Shown here: piece after piece, positions 8,469 to 17,168 of the stretch | Position numbering within the stretch: the first letter of the stretch is position 1 | Layout: each line of letters starts with the position of its first letter | Origin: Candidatus Woesearchaeota archaeon | GTDB lineage: Archaea > Nanobdellota > Nanobdellia > Woesearchaeales > GW2011-AR9 | Assembly (NCBI GenBank): GCA_016185685.1 | Contig: JACPNC010000023.1 | Coordinates: forward strand, 1 to 32,209 | Length of the DNA: 32,209 nucleotides | Direction: 5' to 3' | Program-made: the position numbers and the translations under genes | Notes under the pieces: generated by a model | The model's input: the letters and a program-made list of their open reading frames with translations, nothing else | Told to the model about the DNA's origin: nothing | Database searches by the model: none

Positions 8469-9461
8469 ATGACACTGATGAATAAAACAGCAACAGAAGA
8501 AAACAAAGAACTTAAGGGAAAAACACTAGAGAAAACAATAACAGAACCAAAAGCAATCGTGACCGTTCCACCTTATGCTCCATTTATTGATGAGATAGTA
8601 GAACATCCGCTCGTTAGTGGGATTCGTTTAAATATAGTCATGCCTCTCAAAGGTAGTAGAAGAGATAACCTCAAACGATTACAAGATCTCGCCGGCTATA
8701 AAGATCTCTGGATAGATTTAAAATGCCGTCAATTACGAATAAAAACGTATGGTGTTCCGCCATTTACTGAAGTAGAGTTGTCGCATATTATTGGCGTAAA
8801 TACTCCAACAACCGCATATTTTACGGGAGGAAAAGAAGGAAAAATACCAGTAACTGTGCTTGCTGTTGAAGGAAACAAACTAATAATGCAAGATGGACCC
8901 CATCGTGTAGTTGGACCGGGAGAAAGTATAAACATCCCAGATTCTTCATTAAAGATTGAAGGATATTTTACAGAGACCGATTTACAATATATCACTGCTG
9001 CAAAAGAAATAGGTTTGCATCGCTACATGCTTTCATTTGTAGAAAAAAAAGAAGACATAGATGCCTTGCGTGGATTTGATAAAAATGCAAAAATAATTGC
9101 AAAGATTGAATCACAAAAGGGATTAGGATATGTTGCAAAAGAGTGGAATAAAAATCAGGAAACTCGCTTAATGGCTGCACGGGGAGATTTGTATATGGAA
9201 GTGAAAAAACCGCATGAAATCTTAGATGCTGTAGAAGGAATTGTTGCAAAAGATCCATCGGCCATTGCCGCGTCAAGAATTTTAGATTCTTTTGCAGATT
9301 CATTAGAACCTACCTGTCAAGACATCAGTGATATTGATAACCTCTTGCGCATGGGTTATCGTACCTTTATGCTTGGAGATGAAGTCTGTTTACGAAGAGA
9401 ATCCGTGCTTAGTGCATTAAATTTATTAAACGCAGTGTGTGAGAGGTATAAAGGAAAGTAA
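8469..9461 (+). CDS. Pyruvate-kinase-like protein (barrel + reduced B domain, no C domain)
   Basis: GIRLN, IDLK.RQLR, LSFVE, IIAKIES, MAARGDL.ME, PT..D.SD and MLGDE. The protein ends right after the barrel. Confidence 0.8.
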   Translation: MTLMNKTATEENKELKGKTLEKTITEPKAIVTVPPYAPFIDEIVEHPLVSGIRLNIVMPLKGSRRDNLKRLQDLAGYKDLWIDLKCRQLRIKTYGVPPFTEVELSHIIGVNTPTTAYFTGGKEGKIPVTVLAVEGNKLIMQDGPHRVVGPGESINIPDSSLKIEGYFTETDLQYITAAKEIGLHRYMLSFVEKKEDIDALRGFDKNAKIIAKIESQKGLGYVAKEWNKNQETRLMAARGDLYMEVKKPHEILDAVEGIVAKDPSAIAASRILDSFADSLEPTCQDISDIDNLLRMGYRTFMLGDEVCLRRESVLSALNLLNAVCERYKGK

Positions 9462-9486
9462 GAGATAAGTAAATTTGCCAGAAAGA

Positions 9487-9533
9487 CTTAAATATAACCT
9501 TAATTAAGGTTATAATAACCCCAATAAAGGTTA
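9487..9533 (+). promoter_or_regulatory. TATA box plus tandem TAACC-N8-GGTTA operators of the MNT-HEPN operon
   Basis: CTTAAATA at 9487-9494, perfect palindrome TATAACCTTAATTAAGGTTATA at 9493-9514, second copy at 9516-9533. Confidence 0.75.
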
Positions 9534-9535
9534 AA

Positions 9536-10045
9536 ATGAACCTCATAACATTTTTACAGAACAATGAAAATTCACGAAAGGTTTTTGGAAAGCGTGAGCT
9601 CAAGATTATTGAAAAACAACTTTTAGGCATTTCGCTCACCCAATCTGAAGCAAATAGACTCTCGCGAGACATCAGGAGAAAATTTTTGTTTATCAAAGAG
9701 TGCTCTCATTTTGAACGGGATTTTCCTCTTAAAAAAGGAGCAGAGATTAAAAAACAGATCTCTGAAATTAAAGAAACAATCTTAAAGGACGTATCATCGC
9801 CAAGAATTACAAAAATAGTTCTCTTTGGGTCTACTGTAGAAAATAAACTCACTTCCCGCTCAGATATAGACGTTGCAGTTATTTTTGAGCAAATAAACTT
9901 ACAAGAAGCCACATTATTTAGAAAGCGGATTCTCGGAAAATCCCCGAGTCGCGCTGATATTCAGGTGTATAATATTCTCCCCACTAAAATAAAAAAAGAG
10001 ATAAATCTCAAAGGAAAAACACTTTATGAGCGCGCAAAAAATTAA
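9536..10045 (+). CDS. MNT antitoxin with N-terminal putative DNA-binding extension
   Basis: VLFGS......SDIDVAV with an ~70-aa helical N-terminal extension. Confidence 0.85.
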   Translation: MNLITFLQNNENSRKVFGKRELKIIEKQLLGISLTQSEANRLSRDIRRKFLFIKECSHFERDFPLKKGAEIKKQISEIKETILKDVSSPRITKIVLFGSTVENKLTSRSDIDVAVIFEQINLQEATLFRKRILGKSPSRADIQVYNILPTKIKKEINLKGKTLYERAKN

Positions 10046-10600
10046 AGAAAATCCTGAAAAATGGCTATCCCCTACCATGAATGGTGGGGATTTACGCCAT
10101 TTTTCCTAGACGGATTTTCTAAAATGAAAAGTAGCGAAATCTCAGCATTCATCTCCAACTATTAATAGTGGAGATTTCTGCTCTTTTCATTTAAAGATAA
10201 AATTGAAGAAGTAGAACAATATTTAGAAGAACTTACTACTTTTCTTCCTGATGATTTTGAAGTATACGAACATAATGTGGAAAAAAAAGCGGCTTGTGAA
10301 CGTTATTTTGAAAAAATCGTGGAGAGCTTAGTTGATATTTCTTTTCTTGTTCTAAAAGAAGAAGGAGGGAGAATTCCAGAAGAAGACACACAGGCATTTG
10401 ATCTGTTGAGTAAAAAAGAAATAATTCTAGAAGCTCTCTCCACACGCTTAAAAGAAGCAAAAGGCATGCGAAATATATTGGCTCATGAATATGGAATTGT
10501 TGATGACCGGATTGTTTTTGAATCTATAACTTCAGAGCTTGTTGAAGATACAAAAACATTTTTAAATGCAATAAAAAAATATCTCAGAGGTAAAAAATGA
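10026..10600 (+). pseudogene. HEPN (DUF86/HepT-like) RNase gene interrupted by a 149-bp insertion
   Basis: Removing 10049-10197 restores MSAQKIKDKIEEVEQYLEEL...ACERYF...GMRNILAHEYG (RxxxxH). The insertion adds an in-frame TAG and a frameshift. Confidence 0.85.
10049..10197. mobile_element. Non-coding palindromic insertion (MITE/PATE-like)
   Basis: Two long hairpins (GAAAAATGGC..GCCATTTTTC; AAATGAAAAG..CTTTTCATTT) bounded by the direct repeat TTAAAGA at 10042-10048 and 10191-10197. Confidence 0.8.
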
Positions 10601-11655
10601 CTGCAAAAAGCACAATAGAACACTATCAATCCGTATTTTTAGGCTGCGCTATCGGTGACGCTTTAGGCATGCCAGTGGAAGGAATGAAACCTACACAGAT
10701 TCAGAAATATGTAGGAAGGATAACTGAATTTATTGATCCAGTAGAAGTGCGAAATGATAAAGGCGCTTTAATCTGTATAGATGAATTTGGCAAATTGGGA
10801 TATTACAACATTAAATTATTTGCAGGAGAATATACGGACGATACTATTCGCACCATTGCTTTGGCAGAATCATTGATTCATTGCAAAGAAATAAATTTAG
10901 AAGATATTGCTCAAAGACAGCTTGCAGAATATACAAAACGACTGCGAAAAGACGGAACAGTCAAAGGAGGTTTTGGAGGAACCACCATAGCAGGATTCAA
11001 AAATCTTCAAGCAGGAAAATCATACCAAGAATCAGGAGTTATTGGAGGACCAGGAAATGCTCCGGGTATGATGATGCATCCTCTTGGTTTGTATATGGAT
11101 ACGAAACAAGTAACTGAAGGAATTGAAAAGATTTTACAAGCGGCAATTGCTATAGGAAAAATTACTCATCTCGATCCACGTTCGCTCGCTTCTGGTGTTG
11201 TGCAAGCACATGCTATTTATGGAATTTTAAATGGCAATACACGGGAAGATTTCTTGTCTGCAGCAGAAGCGGTGTGCAGAAGATTTGAACAGCCAGCAAC
11301 ACAAGAATTTTCTTTAGCAGAGCAAGGAAGTTTATTGGAGCGACTAGAATGGACCACTTCACATCAAGATGTTTCTACTGAAGAAGCGCATCAGCACTTA
11401 GGGTCGGGAAGTAAAGTATATTCTTCTTATCCCTTTGCTTTGTTCATGATGCAGAAATACTGGGATGATCCCGTTGAAGGATTGATTGCAACGGTGAATT
11501 ACGGCGGCGATTGCGATACTACCGGGGCAATCTTTGGTGCGCTTGCAGGAGCGCGGCATGGACTGTGCTGGCCAAAAGAGTGGATGGAAACAGTGCAGAA
11601 TGGTGAGTATTTGAAAAAACTTGGAAGCAAGATGTGGGAGATGAAAAGAGAGTAA
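10597..11655 (+). CDS. ADP-ribosylglycohydrolase (ARH/DraG family)
   Basis: GCAIGDALG, YTDDT, GN, TH.DP and GGDCDTTGAI.GAL.GA motifs. Confidence 0.93.
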   Translation: MTAKSTIEHYQSVFLGCAIGDALGMPVEGMKPTQIQKYVGRITEFIDPVEVRNDKGALICIDEFGKLGYYNIKLFAGEYTDDTIRTIALAESLIHCKEINLEDIAQRQLAEYTKRLRKDGTVKGGFGGTTIAGFKNLQAGKSYQESGVIGGPGNAPGMMMHPLGLYMDTKQVTEGIEKILQAAIAIGKITHLDPRSLASGVVQAHAIYGILNGNTREDFLSAAEAVCRRFEQPATQEFSLAEQGSLLERLEWTTSHQDVSTEEAHQHLGSGSKVYSSYPFALFMMQKYWDDPVEGLIATVNYGGDCDTTGAIFGALAGARHGLCWPKEWMETVQNGEYLKKLGSKMWEMKRE

Positions 11656-11657
11656 AC

Positions 11658-11978
11658 ATGGACAAAAAAAAATGCTCTCCTAAAAAACTTCGACATTTCT
11701 TTGTAGAAATTTCACCAGAATATCCTTTTAAAAAAGCATTTCTTTTTGGTTCACGAGCGTGGGGAAAGCCGCGGTATGATAGTGATGTGGACTTATTGCT
11801 AGTTTCTGAAAAATTTAGGAAAAAAGAGAGGTTAGACCGTTCTCCTCCCCTTTATTTAAAATGGAATCTCGAGTATCCGGTAGATTTTCTTTGTTTAACA
11901 CCTGAAGAATTTGAGCATAAGAAGAAACTTATCGGCATTGTTCAAACTGCGGCTAAGGAAGGAATCAGAATAGTTTAG
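11658..11978 (+). CDS. Orphan MNT nucleotidyltransferase
   Basis: FLFGSRAWG...DSDVDLLLVS and TPEEF. No adjacent HEPN gene. Confidence 0.85.
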   Translation: MDKKKCSPKKLRHFFVEISPEYPFKKAFLFGSRAWGKPRYDSDVDLLLVSEKFRKKERLDRSPPLYLKWNLEYPVDFLCLTPEEFEHKKKLIGIVQTAAKEGIRIV

Positions 11979-12032
11979 AGTTATTACTTTTCAAGAGTAA
12001 AGTATATAAATAAGACGCTAAAAGAAGCTTCT

Positions 12033-12755
12033 ATGAAACACCCCATTACCGCTTTAGACGAAATTATACTTGCACAATTTCAGAAAGTTACCGATAAAGC
12101 CGCAAAGTGTGGATATAGTAAGTATGATTTGAAAACTCCAATTGATTATATCTCTGGAATTAGTATGAGTAGTACTGGCTGTTACATAATTGGAGCAGCA
12201 GTTTCTTCAGAAATTTCTAGTGGAAGTATTTTTGCTGTCGGATTTGGAACTTTATATGCACTTGCAGGAATTGGAATTACATTAATCATAGGTAGAGCCA
12301 ATACAAAAAATGAAAATAAAGAATTAGAAAAAATGATAAAAACAGGCGCCGCCCAACTCCCAGAATTAGATATCGGAAGTATATTTTATCGACTTTCTTG
12401 CCTTGGATTTGGAAGTCGCGCAATTTATAATGGCGCTTGTCAATTAACTCAAGCAGTGCCAACCATGGATAATTTCCAAGACCACATTTATGGTGGACTG
12501 ATTATTGCTTCTTTAGGGATTGCAGCAGTAACAATGGGCATCGGAAACTATCTCAAAAACACCACCATGATTCCTCCAAGAACCAAAAAGCTCCACCAGC
12601 GATTGTATGAAAAAGCAAAAGATTTTTTATCTCCTGCTCCGCAATTACAACCGGTGAGAGTTCCTGTAAACAACAATCTTGAAAATTCTCTTCAAAGTGC
12701 TTTTGAAAATTCTTTTGAAAAACATCTTGAAGATTATTCTGGGAGTTACTCATGA
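12033..12755 (+). CDS. Hypothetical membrane protein
   Basis: Several Gly-rich hydrophobic segments. TATATAAA about 25 nt upstream suggests a leaderless start; ATGA overlap with the NAD kinase gene. Confidence 0.7.
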   Translation: MKHPITALDEIILAQFQKVTDKAAKCGYSKYDLKTPIDYISGISMSSTGCYIIGAAVSSEISSGSIFAVGFGTLYALAGIGITLIIGRANTKNENKELEKMIKTGAAQLPELDIGSIFYRLSCLGFGSRAIYNGACQLTQAVPTMDNFQDHIYGGLIIASLGIAAVTMGIGNYLKNTTMIPPRTKKLHQRLYEKAKDFLSPAPQLQPVRVPVNNNLENSLQSAFENSFEKHLEDYSGSYS

Positions 12756-13735
12756 ACCCCCTCATCGTTTACAAAAAAAGCGTGTACGAACTCTACAAAG
12801 ACTCCCCTGACCCAGAAGTACGTGCCTATGCTCAGGAAAACGAAATAAAGTTAAAGAAAGGATCAGAAGAACAAAAAAGGACTCTAGAAACGATCACCTC
12901 AGCAGTACAACACTTAGGAATGAGTTATAAAGAATTATATCGCGCAGAACTACAGAATTTATCTCCAGAAGATTTTGCTAAACATGATTTGATTATTAGC
13001 GTTGGTGGAGATGGCACTTTCTTAGAAGTTTCTCACTACCTTCATCAAGCAGATGTGCCGTTACTGGGAGTAAATTCTGATCCAAATAGTAGCGTAGGTT
13101 TTTTCTGCTCTGCTTATAGAGAAAATTTTGCTGAGATACTAGAGAATATAGGAACTCTGCCCCGCACACAACTTCCCCGTTTGCAACTGATCAGAAACGA
13201 TATATCTTTACCAGAGCTTGTTTTAAATGACGTTCTTTTTGCGCATCATAATCCGGCTTCTAACACCCGATTTGTCTTAGAAGTGAGTAAAGAGCCCATT
13301 AGCAACCAAGAAAAAAAAGACATTAGCAATGAAGACAACAAAGAAAAAAAAAATAAAAAAGAAAAAGAATTTGAACCTTCAATTTCCTATCGCGGTAGCA
13401 ACGGAATTTTAGCGTGTACTTCTTCTGGTTCGACCGCTTGGATGTACCAGTTGGGTGAAGAACCATTTGACTTTTCCTGTTCGCTTCTTAAGTATCGTGT
13501 ACGTGATGCACGTGGGGAGCAAGGACGTTTTGCTCAGGAATTAAAAATAACTTCCCAAACAAGGGAAGGAAAAATTTGGATTGATGGTGCGCATTTAAGT
13601 TATGATTTGGGTTTAGGCGGAGTACTAGAAATCCAGCCAGGAACTCCATTGCTGGTAGTAGGAGATTTGCAGGAGAAAAGAAAAAAATGGCTGAAGAAAC
13701 AAAAGGCTAAAGAAACAAAAGAAGTGAAACTATGA
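12752..13735 (+). CDS. nadK: NAD kinase
   Basis: SVGGDGT, LGVN, VLND, T.SGSTAW and IDG motifs. Confidence 0.9.
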   Translation: MNPLIVYKKSVYELYKDSPDPEVRAYAQENEIKLKKGSEEQKRTLETITSAVQHLGMSYKELYRAELQNLSPEDFAKHDLIISVGGDGTFLEVSHYLHQADVPLLGVNSDPNSSVGFFCSAYRENFAEILENIGTLPRTQLPRLQLIRNDISLPELVLNDVLFAHHNPASNTRFVLEVSKEPISNQEKKDISNEDNKEKKNKKEKEFEPSISYRGSNGILACTSSGSTAWMYQLGEEPFDFSCSLLKYRVRDARGEQGRFAQELKITSQTREGKIWIDGAHLSYDLGLGGVLEIQPGTPLLVVGDLQEKRKKWLKKQKAKETKEVKL

Positions 13736-15264
13736 ACCATCACTCTGAATTAGAGAAACTCGTACATCTCAAACGATTAAGAGAGAAAGAACAAGAAGAA
13801 AAAAGAAGTAGAGAAGAACAAAGCCAAGAACAAAGCTTTCAAACTCAAACCACTACTTCTACCGCTTCTCAAGATTCCCCTCATCACTCTCTCTATCCTC
13901 TTTTACAGCAAGGACAAACTATCTCTCCTGAAAGCCATTCTCCATACACCATTCAACAACTTCTATATCAAGCTCCTGAGCGCCAAACTTATCTTGCTAG
14001 ACATCAAGGAGAAGAAGTAACTCTAAAAGTTGTTACTTTACTTAATCGTTCCGCAGTAGAAGAAGTACAGCGCCTTCAAGAGCGCCTGACACAAGTTAAT
14101 GCCGTTCTTGATCGCGAATGTAAAGTATTTGCTCTCAATTCCTTGCAATATGCTGTTGCGAGCACCTATCTTCCGGGAGATGACCTAAAGCAAGTTATTG
14201 AAAAAAGAAAAAAAGCATTTACAGAAGAAGAAACCATTGATTTTCTTGTCCAAATGCTGGAAGGAGATTTGGGAACTCTGCATGGAAAGAATTCTGTAAA
14301 AGGAGACGGCTGGACACATGGAGATATTAAGCCAAGAAATATTGTATTAACCACTGGAAAAAATGAATCTGGAGAAAATGAGACAGAAAAAAAATATTCA
14401 TTGATTGATTTTGGAAATATTCACAGAGATAATGCAGAAAGAACGCTCACTTTACGTGATTTAGAAGGCAGTTGGAATTACCGCAAATCATGGAAGAGCA
14501 CCTATGAAAAAGAAGACGATTATTTTTCCCTTGCGCGCGTAGGATACTTTTTACTCACGGGAAATGATCCTGCCTTGCTGTTAAGCGGTACTGACAGCAT
14601 GCAGCAGCGCGTTGATAAAGAGCAGTTCAGAGCATTACCAGTGCGTAAAGAATTGCAGGATATCTTGCTAAGGATGCAAGGATATGGAAAACAGTATCAT
14701 GGGATTGAAGGGATGGTGGAGGAGTTAAAAGGATTAGGAAAAGAAAAAATTGAGCAAGATCTAAAAGTTGGATTGAATGAAGAAATACACTGCGGAATAG
14801 AAAAATTCGCCATAATTGCAAGTATTGGTACATTAATTGGAGCAGGAGTATTTTTAGTAACAGCACTTTTAAGTTCTTCTGAACAAAATACTTCAATTTA
14901 TTCACAGCCGCCAGCACAAATTGAAACTGTACGAGAAAAATCTTCACCCCCCTGTTTTATTACCACAGGAAGAGGACAGACAAGCAGGTCAAACTTAGAT
15001 GCAAACTGCGATGGCATCATTGACAATAGTTTTGAAGAAAAAATAAAAGGAGTAGAAGGCACAGTAAAAGATTTTTGGATGACAGAAGGAGAAATCCACA
15101 TAAACAATGATGTTTTTTCGGTGTCAGGTCCTTCAGAGTATATAATCCTTCCAGAAGAAGGGAGATGTGAAAAAAACGATGATACTTGTGATAGTAGGGT
15201 TGACTATTATGCTCCGAATGGTCCAAACGGTCTTGGAGGAAAAGGATATTCCTATCCTTACTGA
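13732..15264 (+). CDS. Membrane-anchored Ser/Thr kinase with C-terminal Cys/Asp-rich domain
   Basis: HGDIKPRN and DFG; TM segment FAIIASIGTLIGAGVFLVTALL; motifs DANCDGIID and DDTCDSRVD. Confidence 0.8.
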   Translation: MNHHSELEKLVHLKRLREKEQEEKRSREEQSQEQSFQTQTTTSTASQDSPHHSLYPLLQQGQTISPESHSPYTIQQLLYQAPERQTYLARHQGEEVTLKVVTLLNRSAVEEVQRLQERLTQVNAVLDRECKVFALNSLQYAVASTYLPGDDLKQVIEKRKKAFTEEETIDFLVQMLEGDLGTLHGKNSVKGDGWTHGDIKPRNIVLTTGKNESGENETEKKYSLIDFGNIHRDNAERTLTLRDLEGSWNYRKSWKSTYEKEDDYFSLARVGYFLLTGNDPALLLSGTDSMQQRVDKEQFRALPVRKELQDILLRMQGYGKQYHGIEGMVEELKGLGKEKIEQDLKVGLNEEIHCGIEKFAIIASIGTLIGAGVFLVTALLSSSEQNTSIYSQPPAQIETVREKSSPPCFITTGRGQTSRSNLDANCDGIIDNSFEEKIKGVEGTVKDFWMTEGEIHINNDVFSVSGPSEYIILPEEGRCEKNDDTCDSRVDYYAPNGPNGLGGKGYSYPY

Positions 15265-17077
15265 TACCCACAAATCCATCGGAGAAGAGCAATCCGGACA
15301 TAACTCCGGGGTAGATCACAGCAGGTATCAACATCACCCCAAGTCTCTCAAGTCTTGTCTGCGAGGAAGATCACCTATTTCTCTGAAAAATTTTTGCGCA
15401 GAGTATGGCATCCACTACAAAACTGTTGGAAAATTGGTTGTCGCTATGAACGACGCGCAGGTTTTGGAACTGCTAAAATATAGAGAAAATGCAGATGCCG
15501 CAGGCAGGGAAACAGGAATTTCTATCACCACAGAAATTCTTAGCAAGGGAGATGTAAAAAAATTAGAACCCAATATTTATTGTGAAGCAGCATTGCACAC
15601 TCCAAATACAGGAATTGTAGATGCCGCGGCATATGTTAGAACTCTTGCTGATCTTGCTGAACAGCAGGGAGTTAATCTCCTTAAAAACGCGCCCGTTACT
15701 AATGTAAAGCAAGATGGCAGTGGTTTTATCTTGCAAGTAAAACAGGGAGAACAAGAATACGAATTTCATGCGGAGGTAGTTATTAATGCCGCAGGACTTT
15801 ATGGAGATACTATCGCTAAAATGGTGAATCCAGAATTTCCTTACACTATTCGTCCTTTGCGTGGAGAATACATGAAATTCAACACTCGCGCGCGCGCAGA
15901 ATTAAGCATGAGCGGCAAATGCGTGTATCCCGTACCTACGATTATTGAAGGAATGTTTGATGAATATGGTCAGGCAAAGAAAGCTGCAGGAAATCATCTT
16001 ACACCCATTTTTAATGCGGAAGGAAATATCAGTAATTGGGTGTGGGTGGGACCGTTGCATAAAGTTGTAGAGAGGAAAGACGACTATTGGACTGAGCGTA
16101 TGTCTGCAAAAGATTTTGTTTTGAATCTTCCCTTCTTTCCTCAACTCTTAGAAACAGATTTGCAAGAAGAACAAACAGGGATTCAAGTAAAAATTCCCGG
16201 ATATGATGATTGGATTATTCAGCGTGACTCTAAATATCCAAACTTAGTGCACTATATTGAAGATTCTCCCGGCATGAGCGGAAGTTTAGATTCTTCACAG
16301 TATTTAGTGGAAACTGTTCTCAAATATCTTTTTCAAAGCAGGGAATTGTTTGCAGATGATCTCAAAGTACATATCCCTCCTGATTTTGCTGAACAAATTG
16401 CTCCGCATCTTGAAGCATTTGAATACTTTTCAAAATTTCCCTACGAGTCATGGAAACCCAATCAAACACGGGTTGATTTCGTTACTCGTTACGCTTCCAG
16501 CGAACGCTTATTAGACATTGCCTGCGGTGGACACCCCGTAACAGCAGAGATACAAATTCCTTACAAAGCAGGGATGGACATTTCTCCCAAAGCAGCAGTA
16601 ATGGCAAAAGATACCTTTGATGACTTTTATTTATGCGATTTTTCAGCAACTACCACAGAATATCTCCAGCAATTAGGAACATTTGATACCATTGTTTGTT
16701 CAGAATTCTTGGAACACACTCGAGATTCTTCTGCAGTAATTCAAAAAATGCTGCCTCTTTTAAATCCTGATGGAAAATTAATTATCACTGTCCCTAGCGG
16801 AGAAAGTATGGCCATGCGCTTGGACAAATATCTTCACCATGGAGAATGGAAACGCTTTGAATGGTTCCACAAAACACACTTTAATCTTCTTTCTTTGCCA
16901 GAGTGGAAAGAAATATTTGTAGAAGCAAGATTAGTAGAGAAAGTTTTTGATTTCCGCCCTTCGGATTTGGTAGAAGGATTTCCTAAAGAGAATTTTCCTG
17001 GATGGAAGCAAGTGTGCGCGCTAGCGCCAAGATATTTAGGCCATCAGTATTTTTTTGTGTTGGAAAAGAAGAATTAG
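15167..17077 (+). CDS. N-terminally damaged L-2-hydroxyglutarate-oxidase-like FAD protein fused to a class I SAM methyltransferase
   Basis: SGHNSGV, TGIVD, INAAGLYGD, RGEY, YPVP and SPG are present but there is no GxGxxG. C-terminal LLDIACG, FDTIVCSEFLEH and LNPDG.LIITVP. True start uncertain. Confidence 0.7.
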   Translation: MKKTMILVIVGLTIMLRMVQTVLEEKDIPILTDTHKSIGEEQSGHNSGVDHSRYQHHPKSLKSCLRGRSPISLKNFCAEYGIHYKTVGKLVVAMNDAQVLELLKYRENADAAGRETGISITTEILSKGDVKKLEPNIYCEAALHTPNTGIVDAAAYVRTLADLAEQQGVNLLKNAPVTNVKQDGSGFILQVKQGEQEYEFHAEVVINAAGLYGDTIAKMVNPEFPYTIRPLRGEYMKFNTRARAELSMSGKCVYPVPTIIEGMFDEYGQAKKAAGNHLTPIFNAEGNISNWVWVGPLHKVVERKDDYWTERMSAKDFVLNLPFFPQLLETDLQEEQTGIQVKIPGYDDWIIQRDSKYPNLVHYIEDSPGMSGSLDSSQYLVETVLKYLFQSRELFADDLKVHIPPDFAEQIAPHLEAFEYFSKFPYESWKPNQTRVDFVTRYASSERLLDIACGGHPVTAEIQIPYKAGMDISPKAAVMAKDTFDDFYLCDFSATTTEYLQQLGTFDTIVCSEFLEHTRDSSAVIQKMLPLLNPDGKLIITVPSGESMAMRLDKYLHHGEWKRFEWFHKTHFNLLSLPEWKEIFVEARLVEKVFDFRPSDLVEGFPKENFPGWKQVCALAPRYLGHQYFFVLEKKN

Positions 17078-17168
17078 AAAGAAAATTAGGATAATCAATA
17101 CCCCCAACTCTCTTAAGATATAATCTATATTCACAACATTTTAATATTCATCCTCAATTTACAAAGCC

